Below, one piece after another: positions 15,001-27,000 of a stretch of 64,000 bases of DNA (the first letter of the stretch is position 1; each line of letters opens with the position of its first letter). This DNA comes from Antedon mediterranea (taxonomy: Eukaryota; Animalia; Echinodermata): contig NC_092677.1 in assembly GCF_964355755.1 (NCBI RefSeq), positions 27,143,175 to 27,207,174 of the forward strand, in the 5' to 3' direction. The notes under the pieces were generated by a model. That model ran no database searches. It worked only from the letters and a program-made list of their open reading frames with translations, and was not told the DNA's origin. Both the position numbers and the translations under genes were made by a program.

Positions 15001-18000
15001 AGTCTTTTGATGTTTTCCAAAAAAAAAAAAATATATAAAAAATGTATACTTTAATACCATTAAATTCTCTTTTCTTTTAGGATGACACCAAGAGCCAGTA
15101 TTCAGAGTCTGATGCCGGTACAATGCGAGATGGAGCCCGGAGCTTGATTCTAGGCCGGCGAGCTCCCAGTCGAATGTCAAGTCAGACTATGGGTACAGGA
15201 GGAGCAAGGTTGAGGCGAGCTAGTGTGTCATCACTACCAGCCTCGCTACTCAATCTTGGCGAGGTATTTTTGATGAATCATCAGCCATTTGTGCCAATTA
15301 AATACAATCTTTTAATAGAAGTATATTTATTCATTCATTCAATTCCTTTATTTCGGATAGTACATCCATACAAAATCTACAAAACAAAACAAAAACTAGG
15401 TAACTTCAGTAGCTTAACGTAGCCTATTTTTAAAGCAAACTCTTCACTGAATTTACTCCATAGAGTCATACAATATACATAACTGACATTTCACTTTAAC
15501 GCCTTTGATTAAATTTATTATTTGATGATTTTCATTATATTTTAATCAGGATTCTGGAGTGTTAAATCTACTTTCTGATGTTGACCCAATCTTTGAGGAG
15601 CTAGAGTCACATCAAGTGGCTCTGCAGGGGATGCAGAGCAGCAGTGCCGCTGGCTCATTCCTTGACGAAGTTCTTAAATGGCAGAAAAGACTGCAAACTA
15701 TTGAAGCAGTTCTGACAATATGGCTAGAGGTGCAAGTAAAATGGGTGGAGCTTGAAGAGGTAGGCTATGAATATTCATGGTGGCATATATGAATATTAAT
15801 GAATAGAGTTATATTCTTGTTTACCATTCCCAGGAGTTCTGTTTAACTTATTTTGACTCTAAACAGCACCATTGCAAAGTTTCATACAATACAGTTTTTA
15901 TATGATTGAATGCACATAAAGCTCTGTCTACACTATCCAACTTTATGTGACAAAAAATGTGATGTGCCCATATATGGACATGATGATGTCATATCACTAC
16001 CATATTTGAGAACATCACTACCATATTTGGGCACATCACACTTTGCCAAACTAGGTTGAGTGTTTTTATTTATGATTAAAACTTAACTTATTATTTTATA
16101 GGTTTTTAGTGGTTTGGATATAAAGAGTTCTTTGTGCCATGAAGCAGGATTATTTGGTTCAGCTAACAGAGAGTTCAGGCTTCTAATGAGAGCCACAGAA
16201 CGTAACCCAAATGTACTACAGTGCTGTCAGAGAAAAGGTATTTAATTCTTAGATTTTTAATAAAACTAACGTAACTTTAACGCAACTATAACTACAGTGC
16301 TGTCAGAGAAAAGGTATTGTGAATAAAACTCTTTTATGAATAGTCAGAAAGTTTTGTTTTATTCGTAGTAATTGTCAACCATAACAACTGGTAGCTGGCT
16401 TATTTACAGCCAACAAGCATTTTTCATTTTTATATATTCGTTTTGCAGGCATATTATCATTACTGGAAAAGATGGATCACCATTTAGAACTCTGCCGTAA
16501 ATCTCTACTAAATCATCTTGAGAAGAGGCGTCAGAAGTTTCCTCGATTTTATTTCCTGTCCATGGAAGACGTTCTTCACATTGTTTGCAATGGTAAGGTG
16601 TTTTTATTTTACAAAACTATTTATGAATGTACTCCCAAATATGAAGACCTATGGATGCAAATGAATACCTTTTGTAACTAGATGTATGTTTTGTTTTCTA
16701 GGTTATGACTTGAATATGGCAAATCTTTACTTGCCTAAGTTGTTTGAAAATATGGGCCGACTAGAGTTTGAAGAAGCACCAGAAGATCTTGAGGCTCAGT
16801 TTCAAGTTACAGGTGTGCTCAGCAACATGGGAGAGAAACTTCCTCTGAAACAGGTAAATGGGGTCTAATTTTGAGCTCTTCTATTAGCTTACCAGTTTAC
16901 TACTTTACCACTTGAAAACCTAGTTCATTATTAAGCGTGGTTCCCACTAGCGACGCAACACAAGGACGTAACGCAACGCAAGTGAATTGACCAATCACAA
17001 GCGATGGCTTATTCGCTTGTGATTGCTAACTGTCTATAACTTCCCTTGTCATTGGTTAAAACGCTTGCGTTGCGTTTACGTCCTTGCGTTACGTTCTAGT
17101 GGGAACCAAGCTTTATATTACTATAACATACATAGATGTAGTAGTTTCGTGTCTTTTACAAAAATTATATTTCATCATTTTTTAAATTGTTTTCTATTTT
17201 TACAGATGGTTGTATGTGATGGACCAATTGAGAACTGGTTAGCTGTTCTTATACCAACCATCAAAGCTAGCTTACAACAGCAGTTGGTATCGGCTCTCAA
17301 CCACCAAGCAGCGGAGGTCACTGGGGTCAAGAAGGTCAAAAGAGATATTCATAGTGCTGGAGCTAGAAGGGTTACAGTACTCAAAGATGATAATAAAGGT
17401 AGATACAGTATCTAATTTTGCTTAGGCGCTAATAATTTTGTTGCAAATTTTGGTCCGGGATATATTCTGATTAGCATTTTAGACTTAAATGCAAGCCCTC
17501 TTTTATCCTCCTAATTCAAATCTTAAATCTTAAAATATGCATTCTACATGTGGAAATAAATAAAGAATTAGATTGAAAATTGATTTAAGTGAGGTTGAAA
17601 TACTTAAGTAATCCTTATCTAACGAATTTACTTGCCTTACTGTTGAAAGGTGCTCAAATCAGCCGTTCTGGTAGCCGCGCCGATAGTCGTAATGAAAAAC
17701 CTGAAGTCCGTGAGAGTACAGAAACGTCCAGTAGATCTTGGATGTTGGACAATGCTGCAGAGGTCGTTCACCTTGCCACTCAGATTCAGATTACAGACCA
17801 GGTTGAGAAATGTCTGAAGGCAGTAGATGGTGGCGACAAAGAAGCTATTAAGGTAAAAATATTATATTTAATTTTAAACATATTACCTAAATCGCAAATA
17901 AAGCTCTGTCTACACTATCAAACTATAAAAGTATGTGATGTGCTCAAATATGGTGGTGATATGTCCAAATATGGTAGTGATATGACATCATCATGTCCAT

Positions 18001-21000
18001 ATATAAGCACATCACATTTGTTTGTCACATAAAGTTTGATAGTGTTTCAAATGTAATATTTAAATGTTTAACAGGCATTAAAATGTTGTTACTTTAAAGT
18101 CTTTAAAAACTCCTTTATTTAATAGTAGGGATACTTTTTTATTTTGTAACATTTTACATAAGATATTCAGTTTTTGATTGAATAGGAAGCAATTGCAAAA
18201 GTGGATCAGAGTATTTTAGCAGCTGTTGTGATGATGAAAGGAATTGAACATGAAGAAGAACGAAAAGCAAGGATTAGGAGAAGGAGGGAATTACTGAATA
18301 AAGAAGGTAACATTTAATCACTTTTTAAAAATGTCTGTGTCCACATTTATCTATTTATTTATCTATATTGATCTGCTTTTGTATCAAGAACTTTTGCCAT
18401 CAAGTCCACCACACAGATTATTATTATTACAATGTTTAAATCCCAATTGGAATGCCTTTTTATGTACATTTTTCTCATCTTTATCAGACATACTTAGTTA
18501 CATACCAGGTATATTTATTGTAAAAAAGGAGACGAATAATGCTACAAATAGCCGGAAGGCTGAAACCGTAACATTTTACAGTACAAAAAAAAAATATATG
18601 AATATATTATTTTCATTACTTTAAATTTGTATATTTTGCAGCTGAAAAGCAACTGCAACGTGCAACCAGTGCATCAGATAACGCTGGCAGCCGAATGAGT
18701 GCTCATCACAGCAGTGTGCAATCACTGAGGGCTTCTAACTGGTCTCTGAATGACCAAGGGCCTGTTATGGACTTAGCTAGTGAGAGATCAGCACAACTAG
18801 ATGGGGTAGCTGAAGACGATGAAGAAGGTATGATAATAAACATGCAGAAACGATATTACTGCTAAAGCTCTGTCTACACTATCAAAAGTTTGACAAGAAA
18901 AATGTGATGTGCCCAAATATGGTAGTAATATGACATCATCATGTCCATATTTTTTTTTTGTGACATAAAGTTTGATAGTGGAAAACGAGCTATAGAGATG
19001 CAACCAGTTTGATACAATTTCTTTTGTTTTGTTCAGGTGCGTCAGTGAATACAATGAAGGTAACGTTACCACCTGAAAGACGACATCACAAAGTGGTTGT
19101 AGAAGAACGAGTCGACCAAGCTGAACTTAAACTAATGCTGTTTCCTGGACAAATTCAAAAGATTAGTAACCTTATTGCTCTTCTTGCCAACCAGCGAGAG
19201 GTATTAAAAAGGTAAACAAAAGTTATTCCTAATATTAAACTTGACACCACCACTTTCTATGTCATTTAGCTGAACACTCAATATCTGTATGTTAAACCAT
19301 TCAATAATACATACAAAAATAATTATATACAGATGGTTAATATAAAAACCAGATGAAAACATTTTTCAAAGAAATGAACACACAATATACGTTGTCTAGC
19401 CCTTATATTATAATGCATTAAACTAGAGACACGCACTAATACTGTAGGGGGATGATGAAATAAAATTTTACAAAAATAAAAAAAATGAGTTGTGAATGAT
19501 CTGTTTTTAATATCAATGTGTTGTCTTGATAAAGATTTGAGGAACGGCAGACATCTGGTGAGACTGGCCTCACAGAAAGTTTTGAATGGCGGGCTCAGTT
19601 AAGATACAGCTGGACATCAGAGAACGCCACACTTACTGTCAAGGTAAGCACACTCTTAGACAAATGATGGCTTTATTTAGTCAATTTAATTAATCTTTAT
19701 TGGCCTAATTCATATGAAAAAAAATATCAGAATATTTGTTAATAAACTGCAGCAGCAGATAAAACAATGAAATACGTAAAAAAGTTAAAAACAAATTACT
19801 GTACAGTACAGTACAGTACTGTACTGTACAGTACAGTACAGTGCAGTATATTAAAGAAGTAAATAAAAAATTTAAAAAAAGTTATAAAATATAATTATTA
19901 GTATTATATACAATATTCAAATGTAGACTGTGCGTTTGTTGATTTGAGAATACTCATTATTTGTAATACTTTACACAAATCTTGTTATTACTTTAAATCT
20001 CATTGTAGAGTTTAGCAAATGAGTTTGAGTATGGGTTTGAATACATGGGTTCAACATGTCGACTCGTACAAACACCTGTGACAGAGACAGCTTACGTTGG
20101 CCTCATCCAAGCTATCAAGGCACAAATGGGAATAATGGGAGTTGGCACTAATGTAAGTTCATTTGTTTTTACATATTTATTTATTCCGAGTTTGAGTTTT
20201 GAGTTTGAGTTTTTATTGAAAACATAATAAACCTTGGTAAATTTATTCCAAAAAGACAAATATTATTGTATACATGATTTTAATGTTATTTTTTGTTTCT
20301 TGCTTAGTGGAATAGTCGCATTGAGGTTATACGTGATTTAGCTAAAACTCTTGGCCAGCCACTTTATCTGTTTAACTGTTCCAAATCTATGGACTCCATC
20401 CTTTTAGCTGATGTGTTCAAAGGCCTAGCCAGTACAGGTAAATATTATGTTTTAACATGAACATTTCGTAGTAGAAACATCATTTTGAGTTTAGTTGCAG
20501 GCAGACATGTCATTGTTATTTAGAGCAGCAGCCATTATTCCTGTGATGTCATTGTTATTTAGAGCAGCAGCCATTATTCCTGTGATGTCATTGTTATTTA
20601 GAGCAGCAGCCATTATTCCTGTGATGTCATTGTTATTTAGAGCAGCAGCCATTATTCCTGTGATACAGTACAATTCTTGTGCTTTAAACTATGACATGTT
20701 TTTTATTCCTGCAAGAACAGAGTTGGGTAGCAGTATAGTTCTCTGGTTTCTCTTATTTTCACACTATAAAATTTTCAGACTCTATAGATAATTTTATTTG
20801 ATCGAAAATTCAACATTTTTGTTTGTTTCTGTAGGATGCTGGGTTTGTTTCAACAACCTGAATCATATTTTACCAAATGTGCTGAGCATCTTCACTCAGT
20901 TCCTAACCCAGTACCTTGATGCAAAGAGAGCAGGCAAGTCAAGCCTTGCTATATTCAGTGAAGAAGTCGGTTTGAATTCAGCTGGTGCCTGCTTCGCTAC

Positions 21001-24000
21001 AATGGACAGCGCTCTAGATTTGACTACAAGCGCAGCAGAGAAAAGACTTATATTGAACTCGTCGGTTGCTCAGCTACCGCCCTCACTTGTGACATCGTTC
21101 CGTACAGTGTCTATTCAAAACCCTGACTTTGGAATTGCGGTTGAAGTTTTACTTCTTAGTCAAGGTACTGTATGCATGCCTTCATTCTTCACTTTGTTTG
21201 TTAAACTCAACTAAAGCTCTCTCTACACTATCAAACTAGTTTGACAATAAAAGTGTGATGTGCCCAAATATGGTAGTGATATTCCCAAAATTTGGTAGTG
21301 ATATGACATCATCATGTCCATATATGGAAACATCACATTTTTTTAAATCATAAATTTTAATAGTGTAGACAGAGCTTAAGATCTTGATTCTCAACTATGA
21401 TGCTAAAACATTTTTTATTAATATGGATTATATTTTTTAAAATAAATTGATCTTTTATGACAGGTTTTGTAAGGGCTACTGAATTAGCCAAGAAGCTTCT
21501 AACATTACGTGAAATGTACAACAAGATGATCCCAGGTGAGGTGCGTAATGCAGACAAGATAAAGATTGGTAGCGACCCCCACGAGACGTCTCACGGCTGG
21601 AGTATTCAAAACCTACGAAACGTCATCAATCAAGCTGGCTCCATTTTAGATGACATGCTAACGCAGAAAATACAGAATGTTACAATTCCTGGTAACTGTC
21701 CTACACGTTATATTTCAAAATTAACAACTAAATAAAACTACACAACTTATCTTATTTACAGTACAAAACAAACCTACAGTGTAATTTGTGAGAGCCCTAC
21801 CTGTATACAATCTACATATGCCATTATTCCCAATATGGACATACCATATTTGGAATAATGGAATATGTACAGTGTATACATGTAATGTAGGTATCTCACT
21901 CATAGACTACAAACACCACTGTTGGTTTGTGTATATTTTTTCTTAAACCAAGAATGAGAGAAGAGAGTTGTACTTTATTTTTAATTTGTATTATTTACTT
22001 TTTCATATTAAGAACTGGACACTGTAAATGAAGATGACGAAACCAACGAGGAACCAACCATTGATTCGAACCCCGATTCCAATGTAGTAATTACTATACC
22101 AGATGAGTACATAACAGATGAACCAGAAGCATTGGTGTTGGCTCTAAGGGATATGTTTATGCCACGCCTTCATGGCAGTGATGCAGAGATGTTTATCACG
22201 CTGGTTGAGGATCTCTTCCCGTCTGTTAAGGTTGCTATGACTTTTGAAGGAGCGTCACAAGATGATGGTTTGTGCATTCTAGTTATTTTCAATTCATTTT
22301 AAGCCCCCTTCTGCTACCTCTCGTTAGTAATGGGTTCCTGTTTGTATAAACTACCATATAGTTCCCTAAATTGTTACATATGTGCTACAGCATACCAAAC
22401 CAAATTTTCTGATCTTTGTAATTGTTTTCACACTATAGATATTTGTATGACAGTTGACACAAACATAGACTGAGCCTAATCTTCAAACTCAGTACTCATT
22501 ATAGTGTAAAGATCTGTCTACACTATCAAACTAGTTAGACAAATGTGATATGCCCAAATATGGTAGTGATATGCCTAAATATGGTAGTGATATGACATTA
22601 TCATGTCCATATATATCACATTTTGTTGTCACATAAAGTTGGATAGTGTAGACAGAGCTAAGCCTAATCTTCAAACTCTGTACAAAGTACTCATTACAGT
22701 GTTGGTTTCATTGTTTTTCTATAACTTTAGATACTTTAGAGTTTAATACAGCTGTTGTAAGTCTGCAGTCAGATGGCAAACAAGTTCCCAATGTAAGCTC
22801 ACAAGAGACCCAGCCTCTTGATAATCTAGATGCTGCTATAGCTGTAGCTACACACAGTCTGGGACTACTACCAGGTACTGCATTCCAAGCTAGAGTAGCT
22901 CAGCTAGCTCAACTAATGGAAACACATCAAACAGTAAGATATATAATTCTTATTGTTGTTTCTGAATCAATATTTTGTTAACCAGTCTAAATTATACTAC
23001 TGTACTTTAATACAGTAACTACAGTTGTTTTTATTGCCATCACGTGTGCTTTTAGTTTGTTGGTTATTTGAAATACAGTGTGTGATTACCCCTAAAAAAT
23101 TAATAATTGCATAAACAGATTATGAGTAAACAAAATGTAATTGTTTGAAGGTTTGCATGGTGAAATCAAATGTTGATATAGAGTTTGCCGTACACCACAT
23201 ATACAGTATTAGTTCTAAAAAGAACTGTTGAGTTTTATTAGATTTGATTTTTAATCAATATGCTTTGATCGTCCTCATATTATTTTCATATCTTTCTATA
23301 TGATATACAAATTTGTATGATTACCAGAATTTAATATGACTTTAGTATAGGTCCATTTAATGCATGACTGAACATGGTAGTTGGATTTGTAAGATATGAT
23401 TGACACCTATTTGATTGACAGGTGGCTGTGGTTGGGCCTGCTGGTTGTGGCAAGAGTGAATGCATAAAGACATTGATTGGAACTCAACGTGGGCTAGGCC
23501 ATGTGGTTAGTGTTCAACGACTCTACTCACAGGCTGTAGAACCTCAGGAATTTCTTGGCTTTTATGATAACAATGGGTGAGAACATTTGTTTATTTATTT
23601 AAAATTTCAATTCACAATCAACAGCGGGGAGCTCCGCCATTTACAATGGAATTCATAAAACACAAGACAAAAGAACATCGATAAGGTCCACAAGAACCAA
23701 TTACAAACAATTCTTAATTTTGGATTTAAATAAAGATAAACAATTAAAGAAAATATTAATAGTGGATTAAAAAAACACAAGTTTTAACACCTTTCACTTC
23801 AAATAACCAGCTAAGAAAAAGAAAAAAAAAGATACACTTTTTAAAGTTTCTTTTTTCAATTATATTTAGTGAATGGAGTGATGGTCTATTCAGCACATTG
23901 TTCAGAAAACACTGTTTGGTGTGTGATGTGGACTTTGTCAACAACAAGCCACAAATTAAGCTTATTCATCTTGATGGACAGGTAAGACAGACCCAACAAT

Positions 24001-27000
24001 GTGTCACTACATTAATTTAGTGTTGTTTTTAGGGTGTCTTGAAGGAGTGGTTTTACTGTAGTTATAAACATAATAATACTATACTGCTTACCACGTTGAA
24101 ACACTGGTTCTCGTCAAGTCACCGAAGTTAAGCAACGTTGGGCCTGGTTAGAGACCATCTGGGTGCTGTATATGGAGCTGGGGTCCCATTAGTCATTTGA
24201 AATCAGCACTGCTGACTCTTATGGCAGCCCCTGCATCAGTACAGTTTTTGCCTCAGAAGTCCTTGATCAATGTTGGCACCAACCAATGTTCTTGGCTTAG
24301 TTTCATCCATCAGTCAATGAAGAAATGCAATACTATACTGTAAAAAAGAACTCAAAACATAAACATTTTTGTATTGTTTTTATACAGGTTGATGCCAGTC
24401 AGATGGAAGTGTTTGGTTCGATCTTTCACAACGATGGTTCTTTGGTGTTGGCCAATAATGAGAGGATACACATCCCTCACCACGTCCGTATCTTGTGGGA
24501 GGTAAGTTAGTAATCAGGGTGTTATGTTATGTTATGTGTATGTTACTTATGTAATTTTAATTTTCTTCAATTCAAGTGCATCACAAATTTGTTCTAGGGG
24601 AAAAACCAAACCTTCAAACTTGACTCAATTTTAACCCAACTTTGGTAATACTGGCCTAATATGTCTAGTTTTTCAGAAAGTCTGGTGTTTGGAATGTGTT
24701 TTATTGATAAAAAAGAATTTGTGCCTTTTTGGTCCTCAAGAAAAGTTTCGTTTTGGGAGAGTTTCAGGTTTTCAAAGAGTCTGGTATTGGAAGAGTTGAC
24801 TGAAATGAAATTTTAACCAAATGTTTTTCTGTCTACAGTTGGACTCTTTGACTCATATTAGTCCAGCAGTCCTTTCTCGAATTGGTCTTCTATCCATGGA
24901 CAAGTCAGACGTCAGCTGGCGACTTTACCTACATCGTTGGATCCAGAACCAGTCTGAGGGTGATCAGAAGCTGCTGTATACACTTACTGATCGATACATT
25001 GGTTCAGTCATAGACTACATGTCAGAAGCTACCAGACCTGCGCTCATTCCAGGTGGGAAGTTGAACGCACAACCAAAGTTAAAACGAATGATTGATGTTG
25101 GTGACATGAACATGGTTATGACATTCTGTAACTTACTGGAGGTGAATTAGCAATGCATATTTAACTTTTTTTTAAATTTGGAAATTTTCTTTCTGATTGA
25201 AGTTCTTTTTTTAAAATCCTCTGTTTTGTGTACTACTACTATACATTTTTTTAATCTAATTCAGTGAAATTATTTTTATTTTCAAAAAAAAATAGGTACT
25301 AGTAGCCCAAAATTCTCAGCTAAGTGAGTTACAATACGAAAACTATTTCAACTTTGCTGCAATCTGGGCGTTTGGAGGAACACTTGACGATAAGTCTCGT
25401 ACAATGTTCAGTACTTGGTGGCGCTCTACATTCCAACAATACATTCAGTATCCAGAGGAGGGTGAGGTATGTACCCACTATAACAATAACATTTTGAATA
25501 CTCTCAAACAATCGTAAAATCAAAAAGTATTCTTAAAAACACAAAATGTCTCATTTTCAATGTTATATAAATCAAAAATGAATAAAAAAAAAATTTAGTA
25601 AAGTAGATAATAAAAGTAGATCTCAAGTACACCAGCAGTGAAGTAAACTGATAACTAAGTATCTGTCAATGACGGCCATGTGTCTTTAGAAGAAGACGGC
25701 TTTGACATTCTGTAGTGAAATCAAACAGTACTTTAAGACACAACATTTTGCTGTAAGTAAATAACAAATTGATCATGTTTGGATATTTTTTTGTTGTTCT
25801 CTTGTCTGCCAAGGTGTGGGATTACTTTGTGGATGGAGATACACAGAGCTTTATAGAATGGAATGAGGCTATTCCACCATATAGCATGCCTCCCCATGAT
25901 GGTATACCAGCAGATGCATTTGTACGAACAAAAACATATGAGGTGAGTTTATCAGTAAAAATCAACACTGTGACTTTTTTTGGAGGTTATTAAGTGAGGT
26001 CTTGTTTTTCTCATCATAAAAAGTCATATTTATTATTAATATTAACAATTTATTCCTATAATTTATTAATAATATTTTTATTTTTAGCAACTTTCTTACA
26101 TCATGGGCTTATTGTCTGACAATGGCAAGCCAGTGATGTTGGCTGGTGAACCTGGTTGTGGTAAAACACTTATCTTCCAAGATCGCATGAAGACAGTGTG
26201 TTCTGGAGAAGTTGCTGAGGTCCTCGCTTTGAATGTCACCAGTAACAGGTAGGAAAGAATATTTACAAAATATTTCATAAATTACTATTTTATTTGTGCA
26301 TGTGATGAAGAATACAAAATAAAAAATAAACAATGTTTTATTTATCATTTAAGTAGTTTGAAAAAGTTATTTTAAAATTGGTTTAATTCATAATAGATTC
26401 ACAACAAGTCGAGTCTTATGGCAGCGTCTTGAAGAGAAACTGGAATGGAAGCACGGCCGAACATATGTACCGAAAGGAAACAAAAAGCTCATGTGTCTTG
26501 TGGATGACTTGAACCTTGCCAATGTAAGTGTGCATGCTAAACTTTAAACTATTAATTGAGTTTGCATTTTGAGCCAAATAAATTTTTATAGAAAGTTCAA
26601 AAGCTTTTTGTAGTGCTTTGTAAGTTGTTTTTGGAAATTTAATGTTTTGACCTTTTCTTTATATGTTCCTATATTATTCAATTTTTAAAACTTTGATAAT
26701 AATTGGATAACTTCAGGTGAATTCAAGTGGCTCCCAGTCGGCATGTGAGATGATACGTCAACACATGGACTCTGGCGGAGTCTACGAGCCTGATCTACAA
26801 GTTTTACGAGAGGTTAAGAACGTGACCTACCTGACTACATTGAACCCCAACACACCTGCAAGCATGCCACCGTTGAGCCCTCGACTTCTGCGCCACTTTG
26901 GAATGTTTTCAATGCCATACCCAAGGTGAGCAAAAACTGTAATGAAGAAAATTGTCCAGATTTTTACATTAGTCAAAATCTGTAGAAGATTCAATCAAGT

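Larger units (their letters stand above)
64..19643 (+). other. Dynein tail (DHC_N1), neck and linker (DHC_N2) coding region
   Basis: Motifs PGPMDELVLW, ENLRYLKTL, VWSHSRYYHNP, PQHSNFPPVVSRLIW, VNLDPDLLLLLREVHYL, VGWLRVDMTPIKQ, RTRHWKQL, FPRFYFLS, CDGPIENWL. A DHC_N1-containing long tail is typical of outer-arm, I1 and cytoplasmic dyneins. Confidence 0.85.

Noticed and set aside
24089-24170. Functional 5S rRNA gene
   Set aside because: The 5' end is missing, deletions remove most of box C, and there is no oligo-T terminator.
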